64,000 nt of DNA from a virus, in the IMG/VR virus record IMGVR_UViG_3300019752_000004, positions 18,850 through 82,849 of that record. One strand, given 5' to 3'. The notes under the pieces were generated by a model. It worked only from the letters and a program-made list of their open reading frames with translations, did not search any database and was not told the DNA's origin. Shown piece by piece: positions 37,022 through 46,523 of this stretch (within the stretch, counting starts at the first letter, position 1; the number at the start of each line of letters is the position of its first letter). Both the position numbers and the translations under genes were made by a program.

Positions 37022-37639
37022 ATGATAGAATTATTTAAAGGGCATATAAGTGCATTAGGGATATCAAGACAGAACAGGTTTAGGGTTATCATACCAGTGC
37101 CTGTAAATATTGTTGATGACCTGTTTGATGATGAAACACTAAATGATATTTCATCACTCATCCAGACAGGTGCACAAACATATGCATTGAGTCTAATGTG
37201 TACTACTGCACAGACTAACGGCAGAACTATTAATCTGGTTGATAGTAAAAATACTGGATCACTATTACAATTTCCATCAGGGATTACAAAAGAGCCAGTT
37301 GAACTGACATTTATATTGACTGAACCCCTGTTAGAACAGCGTATCATTGATAACTGGCTGGATACAATTGTTGATCCATATACAGGTGAGATGGGATATA
37401 TGGATGAATATACAACTGATATTGATATTGAACAGTTATCTAATGCAGAGGGATTAATAAGTCAGTTGCCAGTATACAGAACAATTTTACATGATGCATA
37501 TCCTGTGTCGCGTGGACCACTGGTATATGATAACAGTTCTCAGAACACATTTCATACTATGAATGTATCATTTACTTACAAAAGGTCTGTTAATGGTCTG
37601 GATTTGAGTCCTATTGCGGCTCTATCTAGATTTGTATAA
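37022..37639 (+). CDS. 54: Tail tube initiator gp54 (gp19-like fold)
   Basis: GISRQNRFRV, LTF, W.D.IVDP..G..GY.DEY..DI.I.QL, DAYP, VSFTYK. Confidence 0.75.
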   Translation: MIELFKGHISALGISRQNRFRVIIPVPVNIVDDLFDDETLNDISSLIQTGAQTYALSLMCTTAQTNGRTINLVDSKNTGSLLQFPSGITKEPVELTFILTEPLLEQRIIDNWLDTIVDPYTGEMGYMDEYTTDIDIEQLSNAEGLISQLPVYRTILHDAYPVSRGPLVYDNSSQNTFHTMNVSFTYKRSVNGLDLSPIAALSRFV

Positions 37640-37640
37640 T

Positions 37641-37680
37641 GGAATCCCCTGTTGATACGGTGTGAACAACAGGGGATTCC
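37641..37680. terminator. bidirectional terminator between convergent genes
   Basis: GGAATCCCCTGTTG/CAACAGGGGATTCC 14-bp stem. Confidence 0.8.
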
Positions 37681-37697
37681 AATATTAATTTCATTCA

Positions 37698-38204
37698 TTA
37701 TCCAAACATAATTCTGAACAATCGTTCTTGGCGGTTTCTAGCACCCTCATAATCAACCTTATAAGCCACAGCATAAGTAGCCGCAGCATAAGCAACGGCA
37801 TAATCAACGGCATGAACATTGATGTTAGCCGTATAAGCTGGCGCGGTATTAATTTCAATAACAGCATTATATGCAAATTCCAATTCATCTTTAGTTGCTT
37901 CACCATGACAATATAGGTGTGCAATTTTCACAGCATTTAAACTTCTTTCATCCTCAATGAGATGTAAAATGTCCTGACAACATGCAACTGCAAATAGTCT
38001 TACAAGTTTCTCATCTTCAACTGTTCTTAAAGTCCAAACAGCATCATTCAAACCATTAATATCTAAGATAGTAGTTAGTGCTAATGGATCATTATCAGCT
38101 TTAGATTTATTCAAGCCTTTGAGAAGTGCTTTCCAACCATCCTCACAAGGTTTATGTTCACGTATTTCATTAAGTGTTGTGTAAACTGTCATTTTATTCT
38201 TCAT
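37698..38204 (-). CDS. conserved phage hypothetical protein with Ala-rich C-terminus
   Basis: TTLNEIREHKPCEDGW..LL..L.K..AD..PL...TIL..NG..DA.W.LR; RLFAVACC. Confidence 0.75.
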   Translation of the reverse strand: MKNKMTVYTTLNEIREHKPCEDGWKALLKGLNKSKADNDPLALTTILDINGLNDAVWTLRTVEDEKLVRLFAVACCQDILHLIEDERSLNAVKIAHLYCHGEATKDELEFAYNAVIEINTAPAYTANINVHAVDYAVAYAAATYAVAYKVDYEGARNRQERLFRIMFG

Positions 38205-38219
38205 TTTGTTAAATTTTCA

Positions 38220-38423
38220 TCATTCTAAAGTCTGTACAATTTCGGTTGAATTAGTATTCTTAGCCATGAACGTTGGATCAATAGTATGAACTACAGCGAC
38301 AAACATTGCAAAAATGAAACTTACAATGAACAGCCATTTTACAACAAACAAAAAGCCTTTCAAGAAATATTTCAGCACAAAAAACAACAACACACCAAAA
38401 ATAAAAGCAATAATAAAACTCAT
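38220..38423 (-). CDS. small membrane protein
   Basis: two hydrophobic helices; GGAG RBS. Confidence 0.6.
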   Translation of the reverse strand: MSFIIAFIFGVLLFFVLKYFLKGFLFVVKWLFIVSFIFAMFVAVVHTIDPTFMAKNTNSTEIVQTLE

Positions 38424-38442
38424 TTCTAATTCTCCATTCCAG

Positions 38443-38811
38443 TTAAGTCAATCCGTTAAAACATTCGATTTCAGCTTTCAACTTATTGCGAACTGTGTAT
38501 ACATCCAAAAATTCACCAGTCACTACAAGTTGATTTCCATCAACAATATAAGTGAATTTAGCAGAACGATAATAAGTTGTCAACACCTTTTTTACATCTT
38601 CATGAAACTCTTGTGAAATGTAACGAGCTTCATTGCCACCAGAATAATATTTGATAAAAGTATCTTTCGTGATAGTCAAATACTTATCCACTCTCATATC
38701 ATCCCACGGTGACATTTCAAAATATGTTTCACATTCATCAAAGAATTCCAATTCAGACACATATGAAACTTTACCCATATCAATCATACCAATACCATCA
38801 ATTTTAATCAT
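38443..38811 (-). CDS. hypothetical protein
   Basis: coupled ORF. Confidence 0.6.
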   Translation of the reverse strand: MIKIDGIGMIDMGKVSYVSELEFFDECETYFEMSPWDDMRVDKYLTITKDTFIKYYSGGNEARYISQEFHEDVKKVLTTYYRSAKFTYIVDGNQLVVTGEFLDVYTVRNKLKAEIECFNGLT

Positions 38812-39052
38812 CTCTATAATCCATTTTTAATTTATTACGTTTTTCCTGTACTGTAAATACATTTGAACCTCTGATTCTTCTAGAATTTCCACAACAGAAC
38901 GGGTTTGAACATAGTGTTCTGGTATTTTTAGCCAATCCAAATGCACGAGGTCGCCATTTTTCATCAATTTCATCAAGATATCCACGATGAATTTTCATAG
39001 ATTTGTGGTAACCAATTTTTGCACGTTCTCTTTTGTTGCGGGGATGTTTCAT
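38804..39052 (-). CDS. small basic Cys-containing protein
   Basis: CSNPFCCGNSRR..TVQE motif; AAGGAG RBS. Confidence 0.65.
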   Translation of the reverse strand: MKHPRNKRERAKIGYHKSMKIHRGYLDEIDEKWRPRAFGLAKNTRTLCSNPFCCGNSRRIRGSNVFTVQEKRNKLKMDYRDD

Positions 39053-39071
39053 AAAACTCCTTTTCTAATAT

Positions 39072-39551
39072 TTATACACCTGTAACACTCAGATACTGTA
39101 TACCATTTATTGATCCCAAACCAGTTTCAGTTTTATATCTGTCAATGTGATTGTGGTTATTAACTACAGGTGGTCTATTCACACAAGCATTCAAATGTCG
39201 TTCACATAGTTCTATATCTTCCAAGACATATTTGATATTTGCTTCATATGCTTTAGTTGTGTCAGGAAATGATTTAAAGTTCCAATTATTGACCAAATCA
39301 TATAGTTTTGAATTGTTGTGATGAATAACATCATAGCACACATCTTTGAGTTTATCATAATCTGATCTGGATATCAGAATTGAATTGCCCATTTTAATGC
39401 AACCAGTTTTCCAATTCTTAGGATTCTTGACCCATTTTCTCACAATACGTTTACGTTTAGACTTTGGGAATCTAAACTGAATATGAATACAATCCAGATA
39501 TTGATCTTCAATCACATGAACATTCAAACCAAACAAATCCATTACGTCCAT
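39072..39551 (-). CDS. hypothetical protein
   Basis: QFRFPKSKRKRIVRKW motif; overlaps the gp41 stop. Confidence 0.6.
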   Translation of the reverse strand: MDVMDLFGLNVHVIEDQYLDCIHIQFRFPKSKRKRIVRKWVKNPKNWKTGCIKMGNSILISRSDYDKLKDVCYDVIHHNNSKLYDLVNNWNFKSFPDTTKAYEANIKYVLEDIELCERHLNACVNRPPVVNNHNHIDRYKTETGLGSINGIQYLSVTGV

Positions 39552-40918
39552 CCTTTTTTAAGATTGTTGTCCAAAGGTGAAGTGCCTTTTATTCTTTCAT
39601 CATACGCTTTATCAGATTCAGACATTACACCTTCCTGTGACCTTTTGTCAACATCAAAAAATCTTTGTCTGTCATTATCTAAACCCACAACAAATTTCTT
39701 CATCTTAGATTTATTATTATAACGGTTTTTATTGACAATAGCTATTGCTTCATTCATTGCCGCCATATCGTCAGGTTGAAGCAATGCTATGACTAAATCA
39801 GCAATCTTTACAAGGTTGATTGCGTCACTTGTATCTGATAATGAAATATTGTCGGTCGCGTCCTGTGATTTTCTGTTAACCTGACCACCTGACCACGTAA
39901 TAGCATTATATCTCACAGCTAGTGATCTAACCTCTCTAGCAATCGAACCATAATAGTTATTGGAATTTAACATAGCACTTGCGGGTAAACTTGCACTAGC
40001 CATTTCACCAATATAGTCAAACAACAATACATCTGGTAAACATTTGTGTAATAACTTAACTTCTTTAATATGATTCTCTACATGAGTAGCAGATGCACCG
40101 CCACTAGGAAATTCTTTGATAATGAACTTGCCATCAGTTTTTGACCGCATTTCATTAATCTTCATCATATATTCATTTAGAGTCTTGCGTTCGAGTTTAT
40201 CAAATGTAGTTTCAAAGTTATTTACATCTGCACGATGTTTAATAACACTATCTGATACTTCAAACGTATAATAATAAACATTTAAACCCTGTTTCAAATA
40301 CATTATAGCCAGATGGATTAATGCCGTGGTCTTACCTACGTTAACACCCGCCTGAATAATATTAAGGGTTTTTCGGGGTACGCCACCTTTGGTACATTTA
40401 TTGAACAACTCAATGTCAAACGGTGTTCTATTCATTTCCTGATAGAAAGTTTTATAATGTTCTTCGGCATCGTCATAATAGTCTATACCTAGATCATTAT
40501 CAATCTGAATAGAAACTGCATTCCTGAGAATCTCAGGAATATTATTCATTTCATCCTTTTTATTCTCTAGGATATCAATACATTTGTATAGTGCAAGGTG
40601 TGTTGCTCTATCAGTTACCCATTGCTGTGTCTGATCCAGCAACCAATTATTATCTGGTTCATCACTATAATCTTTAATTTCCTGTAGGCAATCAATGATA
40701 GATTCATAAATGCTATCATTTACTTTTAATTTTGTAACTTCGAGTACAATAGCATCTAGACTTGGATTGTTATTGTACGTGTCAATGTAATTGCTGATAA
40801 TTTTGAAAATCTCTTTGGTACCATAATCTTCAAAATATTCTGAATCAAGTATTGTAATTACTTGGGTCTGGTAACGGTTATTATTAATAAGATTTGCTAA
40901 AATCGTGGTTTCAATCAT
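39542..40918 (-). CDS. 41: Replicative helicase gp41 (DnaB-like)
   Basis: IETTILANL, TKGGVPRKTL, AGVNVGKT, IIKEFP, FDYI, QVNR, KNRY. Confidence 0.95.
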   Translation of the reverse strand: MIETTILANLINNNRYQTQVITILDSEYFEDYGTKEIFKIISNYIDTYNNNPSLDAIVLEVTKLKVNDSIYESIIDCLQEIKDYSDEPDNNWLLDQTQQWVTDRATHLALYKCIDILENKKDEMNNIPEILRNAVSIQIDNDLGIDYYDDAEEHYKTFYQEMNRTPFDIELFNKCTKGGVPRKTLNIIQAGVNVGKTTALIHLAIMYLKQGLNVYYYTFEVSDSVIKHRADVNNFETTFDKLERKTLNEYMMKINEMRSKTDGKFIIKEFPSGGASATHVENHIKEVKLLHKCLPDVLLFDYIGEMASASLPASAMLNSNNYYGSIAREVRSLAVRYNAITWSGGQVNRKSQDATDNISLSDTSDAINLVKIADLVIALLQPDDMAAMNEAIAIVNKNRYNNKSKMKKFVVGLDNDRQRFFDVDKRSQEGVMSESDKAYDERIKGTSPLDNNLKKGWT

Positions 40919-40937
40919 GAATACTCCTTTCAATGAG

Positions 40938-41003
40938 AGTATATATTATAATTTTTAATATTGCAATAGAAAAGTGGAGAAAGATCATTTCTTTCTCCAC
41001 TTT
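40938..41003 (-). promoter_or_regulatory. terminator hairpin followed by a sigma70-like promoter for gp41
   Basis: AAAGTGGAGAAAG/CTTTCTCCACTTT stem; TTGCAA-N17-TATACT on the minus strand. Confidence 0.7.
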
Positions 41004-41005
41004 GA

Positions 41006-41260
41006 TTATGACATTTTAAATTGTGTGTCATCACGCTTTAGAAGTTCTGTTACAACATTCCCAACACATTCATTGAGTTCATCTGTAATTTCAATATCAG
41101 TCGTATATGATATTTTGGTTTTAAACTCCTTAGTGTTTTCATTCACCTTTAGAATGATTTTATCAATCTGGACACACACACCTTCAAATGGATGGTCCAA
41201 TATGACATTACTCTGTTTAGGGTCTGATGGAACTATTGTTATTTTTCGGTGTCCGAACAC
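41006..41260 (-). CDS. hypothetical protein (position of T4 gp40)
   Basis: GTG start after GGAG; between uvsX and gp41. Confidence 0.5.
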   Translation of the reverse strand: MFGHRKITIVPSDPKQSNVILDHPFEGVCVQIDKIILKVNENTKEFKTKISYTTDIEITDELNECVGNVVTELLKRDDTQFKMS

Positions 41261-41477
41261 GTCCCAACTCCTTATAAAACATCCAACACATTTCAGACTC
41301 TACAGCCTTCTTACAAGCCTCGTAAGATTCATTCCGAGTCTTACCATAGAATTCACCTAAAGTGTCTTCATACTCGACACAGACGGTTTTAAACATATCA
41401 CCAGCACTACAAGTCTTGTATGCATAATGTGTAGAACGAATTTTAATATCACTTGGGAAGATTTCAGTATCAGTCAT
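41217..41477 (-). CDS. hypothetical protein
   Basis: AAGGA RBS. Confidence 0.55.
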   Translation of the reverse strand: MTDTEIFPSDIKIRSTHYAYKTCSAGDMFKTVCVEYEDTLGEFYGKTRNESYEACKKAVESEMCWMFYKELGRVRTPKNNNSSIRP

Positions 41478-41479
41478 AA

Positions 41480-42568
41480 TTATTCCTTTTCAGCAGTTTT
41501 AACGATCATTTCACCAGTTGTTTCATCAACGACAAATGTTGAATTTGCCTTGCCACGATTCAATTGAAACATGTCTTTTACATATTCTTTAAAGTTATCA
41601 TTTTCCAGAATAGGTGTCAAGTATTCTTCATCAAATTCGATATGTTTACGCCATTGCAATTTATTATCATCAATACCAAGGATATCAGCGTATTTATAAC
41701 GTTTACCTTCTGCTTCAATGAATCCACCAGCTACGGCCCATTCAAACACACCAGACATCTTTTCAATACCACCATCAAATTTAACAGTAAGTGGAATTGC
41801 AGACTTTTCTTTGACTGCACGGGATTTTAAAAGATTCATAATGAAATTATAACCTACAAGATTTTTATCATTATCTTTTACAACCCTACGACCCATCAAC
41901 AATTGTGAATTGCAACTAAGTGTAGCCTGTTTACCACCTTTCACAATTGGATCAGCATATTTATTAGAAATGTCTTCATATGTACTGTTAATAATGAGAC
42001 ATGGAATTCTAAGCATATTAAGTTTAGGTGTAATAATTCTAAACATTGAATTCAAAGATTTTGCACGAGTCATATCAGCAACTTCCTTTTCATTCAGTGC
42101 ATCATTAACTTCCTTTGAGCTTGCAATCTGTGAAATAGAGTCTACTAAAATAATGATTCTAGTTTCTTCCCCCTGCATGGCTTCAAGAACTTTGGAAAGT
42201 GTTTGTTTCATTTCCTCTACGTTAGTAGCAAACTTATGAATCACCCTGTTCGCATCGATACCAAAATATTCAAAACTTTCAATTGGAATACCATCCTCTG
42301 CATTCAGATAGTATAGATACGAATCTTCGTGTGCGTCAAGAAAGTTTGAACACTGTTTCAAAGCAATGTTAGATTTAAAATGTTTACTTGGACCCAAAAT
42401 CATATGAATACCTCTCATAAGACCACCATCAATTTCACCAGACATGGCTACAGCAATTGCTGGGGTATCCAATGGACATTCATATTTTTTGGCTGGATCA
42501 AAATGATCAGATTTACTAATCAATTCTGAACCAGTTGTTTTCATCAGTTTCTTAGCAAATGAACTCAT
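41480..42568 (-). CDS. uvsX: RecA-like recombinase UvsX
   Basis: AMSG..DGGL, GPSKHFKS, DSI..AS.KE..DAL.EK.VADMTRAK, SMFRIITP. Confidence 0.95.
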   Translation of the reverse strand: MSSFAKKLMKTTGSELISKSDHFDPAKKYECPLDTPAIAVAMSGEIDGGLMRGIHMILGPSKHFKSNIALKQCSNFLDAHEDSYLYYLNAEDGIPIESFEYFGIDANRVIHKFATNVEEMKQTLSKVLEAMQGEETRIIILVDSISQIASSKEVNDALNEKEVADMTRAKSLNSMFRIITPKLNMLRIPCLIINSTYEDISNKYADPIVKGGKQATLSCNSQLLMGRRVVKDNDKNLVGYNFIMNLLKSRAVKEKSAIPLTVKFDGGIEKMSGVFEWAVAGGFIEAEGKRYKYADILGIDDNKLQWRKHIEFDEEYLTPILENDNFKEYVKDMFQLNRGKANSTFVVDETTGEMIVKTAEKE

Positions 42569-42571
42569 AGG

Positions 42572-43090
42572 CTAATCTCCGTAAATTTCTTTTTCCATAG
42601 ATTTCTTTTCACCGTCTTTATCGTTACCATAATCACCATCATATTCTTTGAGTGCTTCGGCATCAGCACAAATGTACTGGGCTACGCGGGTTCCACGTTT
42701 AATCATGGCTTTGCCATCACACTTCAAACCTTGTGTCATAGGACCATTATAACCAGAATCATATAAACACGTCTTAACATGCAAACCATTTCTTTGAAGT
42801 GTTGAACGTGGTACAACCCAGCCAGCTTCTCCAACAGCTACATCAACTTCACCTTCCATACGAATCTGATAATAGGAACCTTCTTTAAAATGGTAATAAC
42901 CATTAGCATCTGGGGAGATTTCGTCTACATCACGATGAACTTTCTTATCTTCATCCAAAATGAACGGTGTGTGCATATGAACTTTAAATACACGGTCAAG
43001 TCGAAGGTCTACAGCATTAGGCTGAACCATATCTTCATCAATTTTAGTAAGACTACTTTTAGCCTTATCTCCAGCAATGTTTTTAAGCAT
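42572..43090 (-). CDS. trimeric dUTPase / dCTP deaminase family protein
   Basis: QPNAVDLRL, PRSTLQRNG, YDSGYNG, GTRVAQ, YDGDY. Confidence 0.88.
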   Translation of the reverse strand: MLKNIAGDKAKSSLTKIDEDMVQPNAVDLRLDRVFKVHMHTPFILDEDKKVHRDVDEISPDANGYYHFKEGSYYQIRMEGEVDVAVGEAGWVVPRSTLQRNGLHVKTCLYDSGYNGPMTQGLKCDGKAMIKRGTRVAQYICADAEALKEYDGDYGNDKDGEKKSMEKEIYGD

Positions 43091-43099
43091 TAAATTCTC

Positions 43100-43675
43100 C
43101 TAGTAGTTAGTTTTAATACGACTATAGATTGTTTTCCAGTCTGACACTATATCAAGACCTTCTTTATAGTCATTACAATTAGTTGGTGTCTCATACAAAA
43201 ATAGATGTGCATGAGGTTGGTGTTTACACATAGGATACAAATACTCAGGTCTATCATCAATCATGATATCACATGGTACAGTATATTTATCACCAGTATC
43301 ATAGAACCCATCATACTTGAAAAACTGAGATAAAAATCTTAGTTTTGATTCTACATGAGGTTTACCACAGCAATGTGATACAAAATTAATTTTATATCCA
43401 TCACTATGTAATTGGTTAATATAAAGATCACTGTATGGAATTGGAAGAATATCATCATAGATATCTCCACGTTCCCAGTAATCAAGACATCTGAACTCAG
43501 GTCTCCATTCTCTTACAATAGATTCCATTCCATCAAAATGCCTGTAACCCAGTTGTTCAATACACTCCATAACGTCAAACTTATGTTCTTCTGGTATGAA
43601 GTTGTCAATCCACTTGGCATAGTTCCAAAGTGGATTGACAACACACAAGTCAACATCAATATTGATTGTTTTCAT
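43100..43675 (-). CDS. HAD-family 5'(3')-deoxyribonucleotidase
   Basis: NIDVDLCV (DxD), FVS, K, MIDDRP; TTGACA-N17-TAAATT upstream (43683-43711). Confidence 0.8.
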   Translation of the reverse strand: MKTINIDVDLCVVNPLWNYAKWIDNFIPEEHKFDVMECIEQLGYRHFDGMESIVREWRPEFRCLDYWERGDIYDDILPIPYSDLYINQLHSDGYKINFVSHCCGKPHVESKLRFLSQFFKYDGFYDTGDKYTVPCDIMIDDRPEYLYPMCKHQPHAHLFLYETPTNCNDYKEGLDIVSDWKTIYSRIKTNY

Positions 43676-43718
43676 AAAATACAATTTATCCTAATTAGAA
43701 TATGATGTCAAATGGTTT

Positions 43719-46466
43719 TTAAAATAATGTGTTTTTACGCACATATGCATAATCAGTAGCCGATACAAAGTTGTCTAATGCATTCTTAAACGACTTTTCA
43801 AACATAGAATCATAATCAATGAAATTATCTAAATCAAATTCCCTTGGCATGAAATCTGTATACGCAATTACATCAGTAGGTGTAGGGTTACTTTTTCTAA
43901 GATTCAGCATCTTAATCTTTTCGCCCGATCCAATCTTTTCATAATCCAAACCAAGCTTGTCAACCATATAGTTGAATGTGAGTGCACCTTTTACGTGTCT
44001 AGGGCAACCCTTTTTAAATACAGTGGTCGGACTATGATATTTTTCAACGTTGTTAACGTTAGATACTATAGCAATATCATTCAAAGGCAATTCTTTGAAT
44101 TCTTTCTTAATCTGTTTGTACAATGCAGTTAATTCAGTGCTATCATCATTCTCTAAAATAGATTTATAACACTTTTTGAGCTGTTCTCTACTCCATTCTG
44201 AATATGTGGATTGAATAGCTTCTAATCCCATCACTTTCATCTTAGGAGTATCATACTGAATACCCTCGTTATTATTGACTATCATAGCATAACGTTTCTT
44301 GGCAGTCCACACAGCTGTTTCAGCAATGACTTCACGACTCCAGAACATACGGTTTTCATACCCATTCATGAATTCGTTGTAATCTAATGCGGCCTGTTGA
44401 ATAACTGGGTTTAATACAGTTTCACACCAATTGTCAATGTTTTTAGTGATTTCAATGCTAGATAATTTATCCCATCCATGTTTTAGCACAACTGCTTCAA
44501 TACAATAATAGTCTGAATCTGTGTCACCAGCAATAGTATAATCTACATTACGTGTGTCACAATATTCATTCAAGAATTTGTTCACAGTATAGTATGTATA
44601 CTTGTTGATGGCTCTAGAACTGCCTGTAATAGCCTCTGCAATCACTTTCTTTGAATACCTGAACCATTTGTTACCTATAGCACCATAAAGGCTGTTAATC
44701 ATGATTTTGATACCCATTTGCTTTGTATCATGACTTGCAATAAGATTCTTCAATTCAGTGATTTTACTTATAGCAGGAGTCTCAAGTGACTCCAAATCAA
44801 CTAACTGCTGTTTTAGGGCCTTCATCTCCGTCTTAATTGCTTTACGTTGTGCATATAGTTCACGTGTAAATATAGAGAGATCAGACATTTCATCTAGTTT
44901 AAAAAATTCAAAATTAAGAGCCAGAGACACATTATATTTCTTCAACGTCTTAAATTTAATTTTATTCACACATGGTACAAGTTCATCATCAATGACTTTA
45001 CCAGATTGTAATGCGGAGAACAGAGATTTTAAATTATCTACATCAGCTGGATCAGATACATCAATAGCATCTCTGATTTCATCTAATATTTCATTTCTAA
45101 TCTGAGTTCTAAGTTTATAATCCTGTACAAGTGTGAACAGGCTCATATTACCCTGTTGCATTGTATGTGGATACTGGGAATCCAAATCAAATGAAATTAC
45201 ATTGTTATGTTTACCAACCTGTGGAAGCTTTACGAACCCACCTTCATATTTAAAATCGATATTAGGATTCTTAGGTCTGATTTCATCTACAGCATTATTG
45301 GTATGATAATGATAGTTATCAATATACGCTTCCCACGGTTTGATAGTGGCAAGTGTATCCTGAAAATTAACACGTTGATGATATGCAATGAAGAAAGTTA
45401 GATCAATCAATTTACGTTTATCAACAATCTTTTCAACCAGAATTACGTCTTTGATGTTGTAGTGACACATCTTATTATAATCCTGTAGATATAACAAATC
45501 TAGATTATTATGTTCTTCGTAATCAATTTTTTCTTCATCAACTTCCACATGTGCAATGGTATTGAGTTTATAGTTCTCACGCTCACCGAATGTATGTTTT
45601 TTATACAACTCCATTGCATCAAGGGTTTCACATCCAATCCAGTCATATGTAGTACGTTCATCTCCCCATGAGGTTTTAACTGTACGCTGATGAACTTTCA
45701 ACCAAGGACTTAGTTTATATACATATGAATCTCCTAGAATATTACGAATCCTGTTAACAAGATATGGATTATCAAACAGTATGATATTCCATCCAGTCCA
45801 ATATTCATATTCTTTTGATGCAAATTCTAAAATGAAGTTTCTAAGTAGTTCAGATTCATCTACAAACTCGCGATAGTCTAAATCAGTTACATACTTTGTA
45901 TCAATCTCAAATTCATCTGGATCATATACAAAATCATTTACTTGGTTGACTGGACTTGATTCTGGTTTCAATCCCCATAAATATACTATTCCCGTCTTAC
46001 TATCTCGCAGACAAATCATATTGATAGGATTACTGGCATCTTCAACAGAGGAATATGGATACTTTACAGGATACCCATCTGCATCATATCCACCAGCAAA
46101 AATTTCAATATCAATATTGGCACCACGAATGTGTTTAGGGTTGTATATGTGTGATAAATCATATTTAAAAACATCATTCATGAACTGTGTTGCAAAATCT
46201 TTAATACCATATATAGGGTAATTAGGAATAGTGCTAAATTCCTGAAACCATTTATTAGCATCATACATGGAATCAAACATACGTTCATACAATGCATCCT
46301 TTTCCATTGTAGTGATATTTGTATTAGACTCTCGTTTATCACATTTTGTATAGAACTTAGGTTTATATTTAAATTTGCGCTTGGTTTTGTTACCATTACC
46401 ATCTACACAACGCAATAAAATATTACTACCCATTCTTTTCACAGATGTAGGGTATATATCGTTCAT
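43719..46466 (-). CDS. 43: Family B DNA polymerase gp43
   Basis: IDIE exo I, GWNI..FD, YEGGFV, SFDLDSQYP, KIMINSLYGAIGN, AGDTDS, KKRYA. Confidence 0.97.
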   Translation of the reverse strand: MNDIYPTSVKRMGSNILLRCVDGNGNKTKRKFKYKPKFYTKCDKRESNTNITTMEKDALYERMFDSMYDANKWFQEFSTIPNYPIYGIKDFATQFMNDVFKYDLSHIYNPKHIRGANIDIEIFAGGYDADGYPVKYPYSSVEDASNPINMICLRDSKTGIVYLWGLKPESSPVNQVNDFVYDPDEFEIDTKYVTDLDYREFVDESELLRNFILEFASKEYEYWTGWNIILFDNPYLVNRIRNILGDSYVYKLSPWLKVHQRTVKTSWGDERTTYDWIGCETLDAMELYKKHTFGERENYKLNTIAHVEVDEEKIDYEEHNNLDLLYLQDYNKMCHYNIKDVILVEKIVDKRKLIDLTFFIAYHQRVNFQDTLATIKPWEAYIDNYHYHTNNAVDEIRPKNPNIDFKYEGGFVKLPQVGKHNNVISFDLDSQYPHTMQQGNMSLFTLVQDYKLRTQIRNEILDEIRDAIDVSDPADVDNLKSLFSALQSGKVIDDELVPCVNKIKFKTLKKYNVSLALNFEFFKLDEMSDLSIFTRELYAQRKAIKTEMKALKQQLVDLESLETPAISKITELKNLIASHDTKQMGIKIMINSLYGAIGNKWFRYSKKVIAEAITGSSRAINKYTYYTVNKFLNEYCDTRNVDYTIAGDTDSDYYCIEAVVLKHGWDKLSSIEITKNIDNWCETVLNPVIQQAALDYNEFMNGYENRMFWSREVIAETAVWTAKKRYAMIVNNNEGIQYDTPKMKVMGLEAIQSTYSEWSREQLKKCYKSILENDDSTELTALYKQIKKEFKELPLNDIAIVSNVNNVEKYHSPTTVFKKGCPRHVKGALTFNYMVDKLGLDYEKIGSGEKIKMLNLRKSNPTPTDVIAYTDFMPREFDLDNFIDYDSMFEKSFKNALDNFVSATDYAYVRKNTLF

Positions 46467-46483
46467 AAAACTCCTTTATTAAA

Positions 46484-46523
46484 AATGGAGTGTGAATTTA
46501 TCACACTCCATTCAATTAGTCAA
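46484..46523 (-). promoter_or_regulatory. gp43 promoter with its -10 box in the loop of a terminator-like hairpin
   Basis: minus strand TTGACT-N17-TAAATT; stem AATGGAGTGTGA/TCACACTCCATT then T-run. Confidence 0.7.
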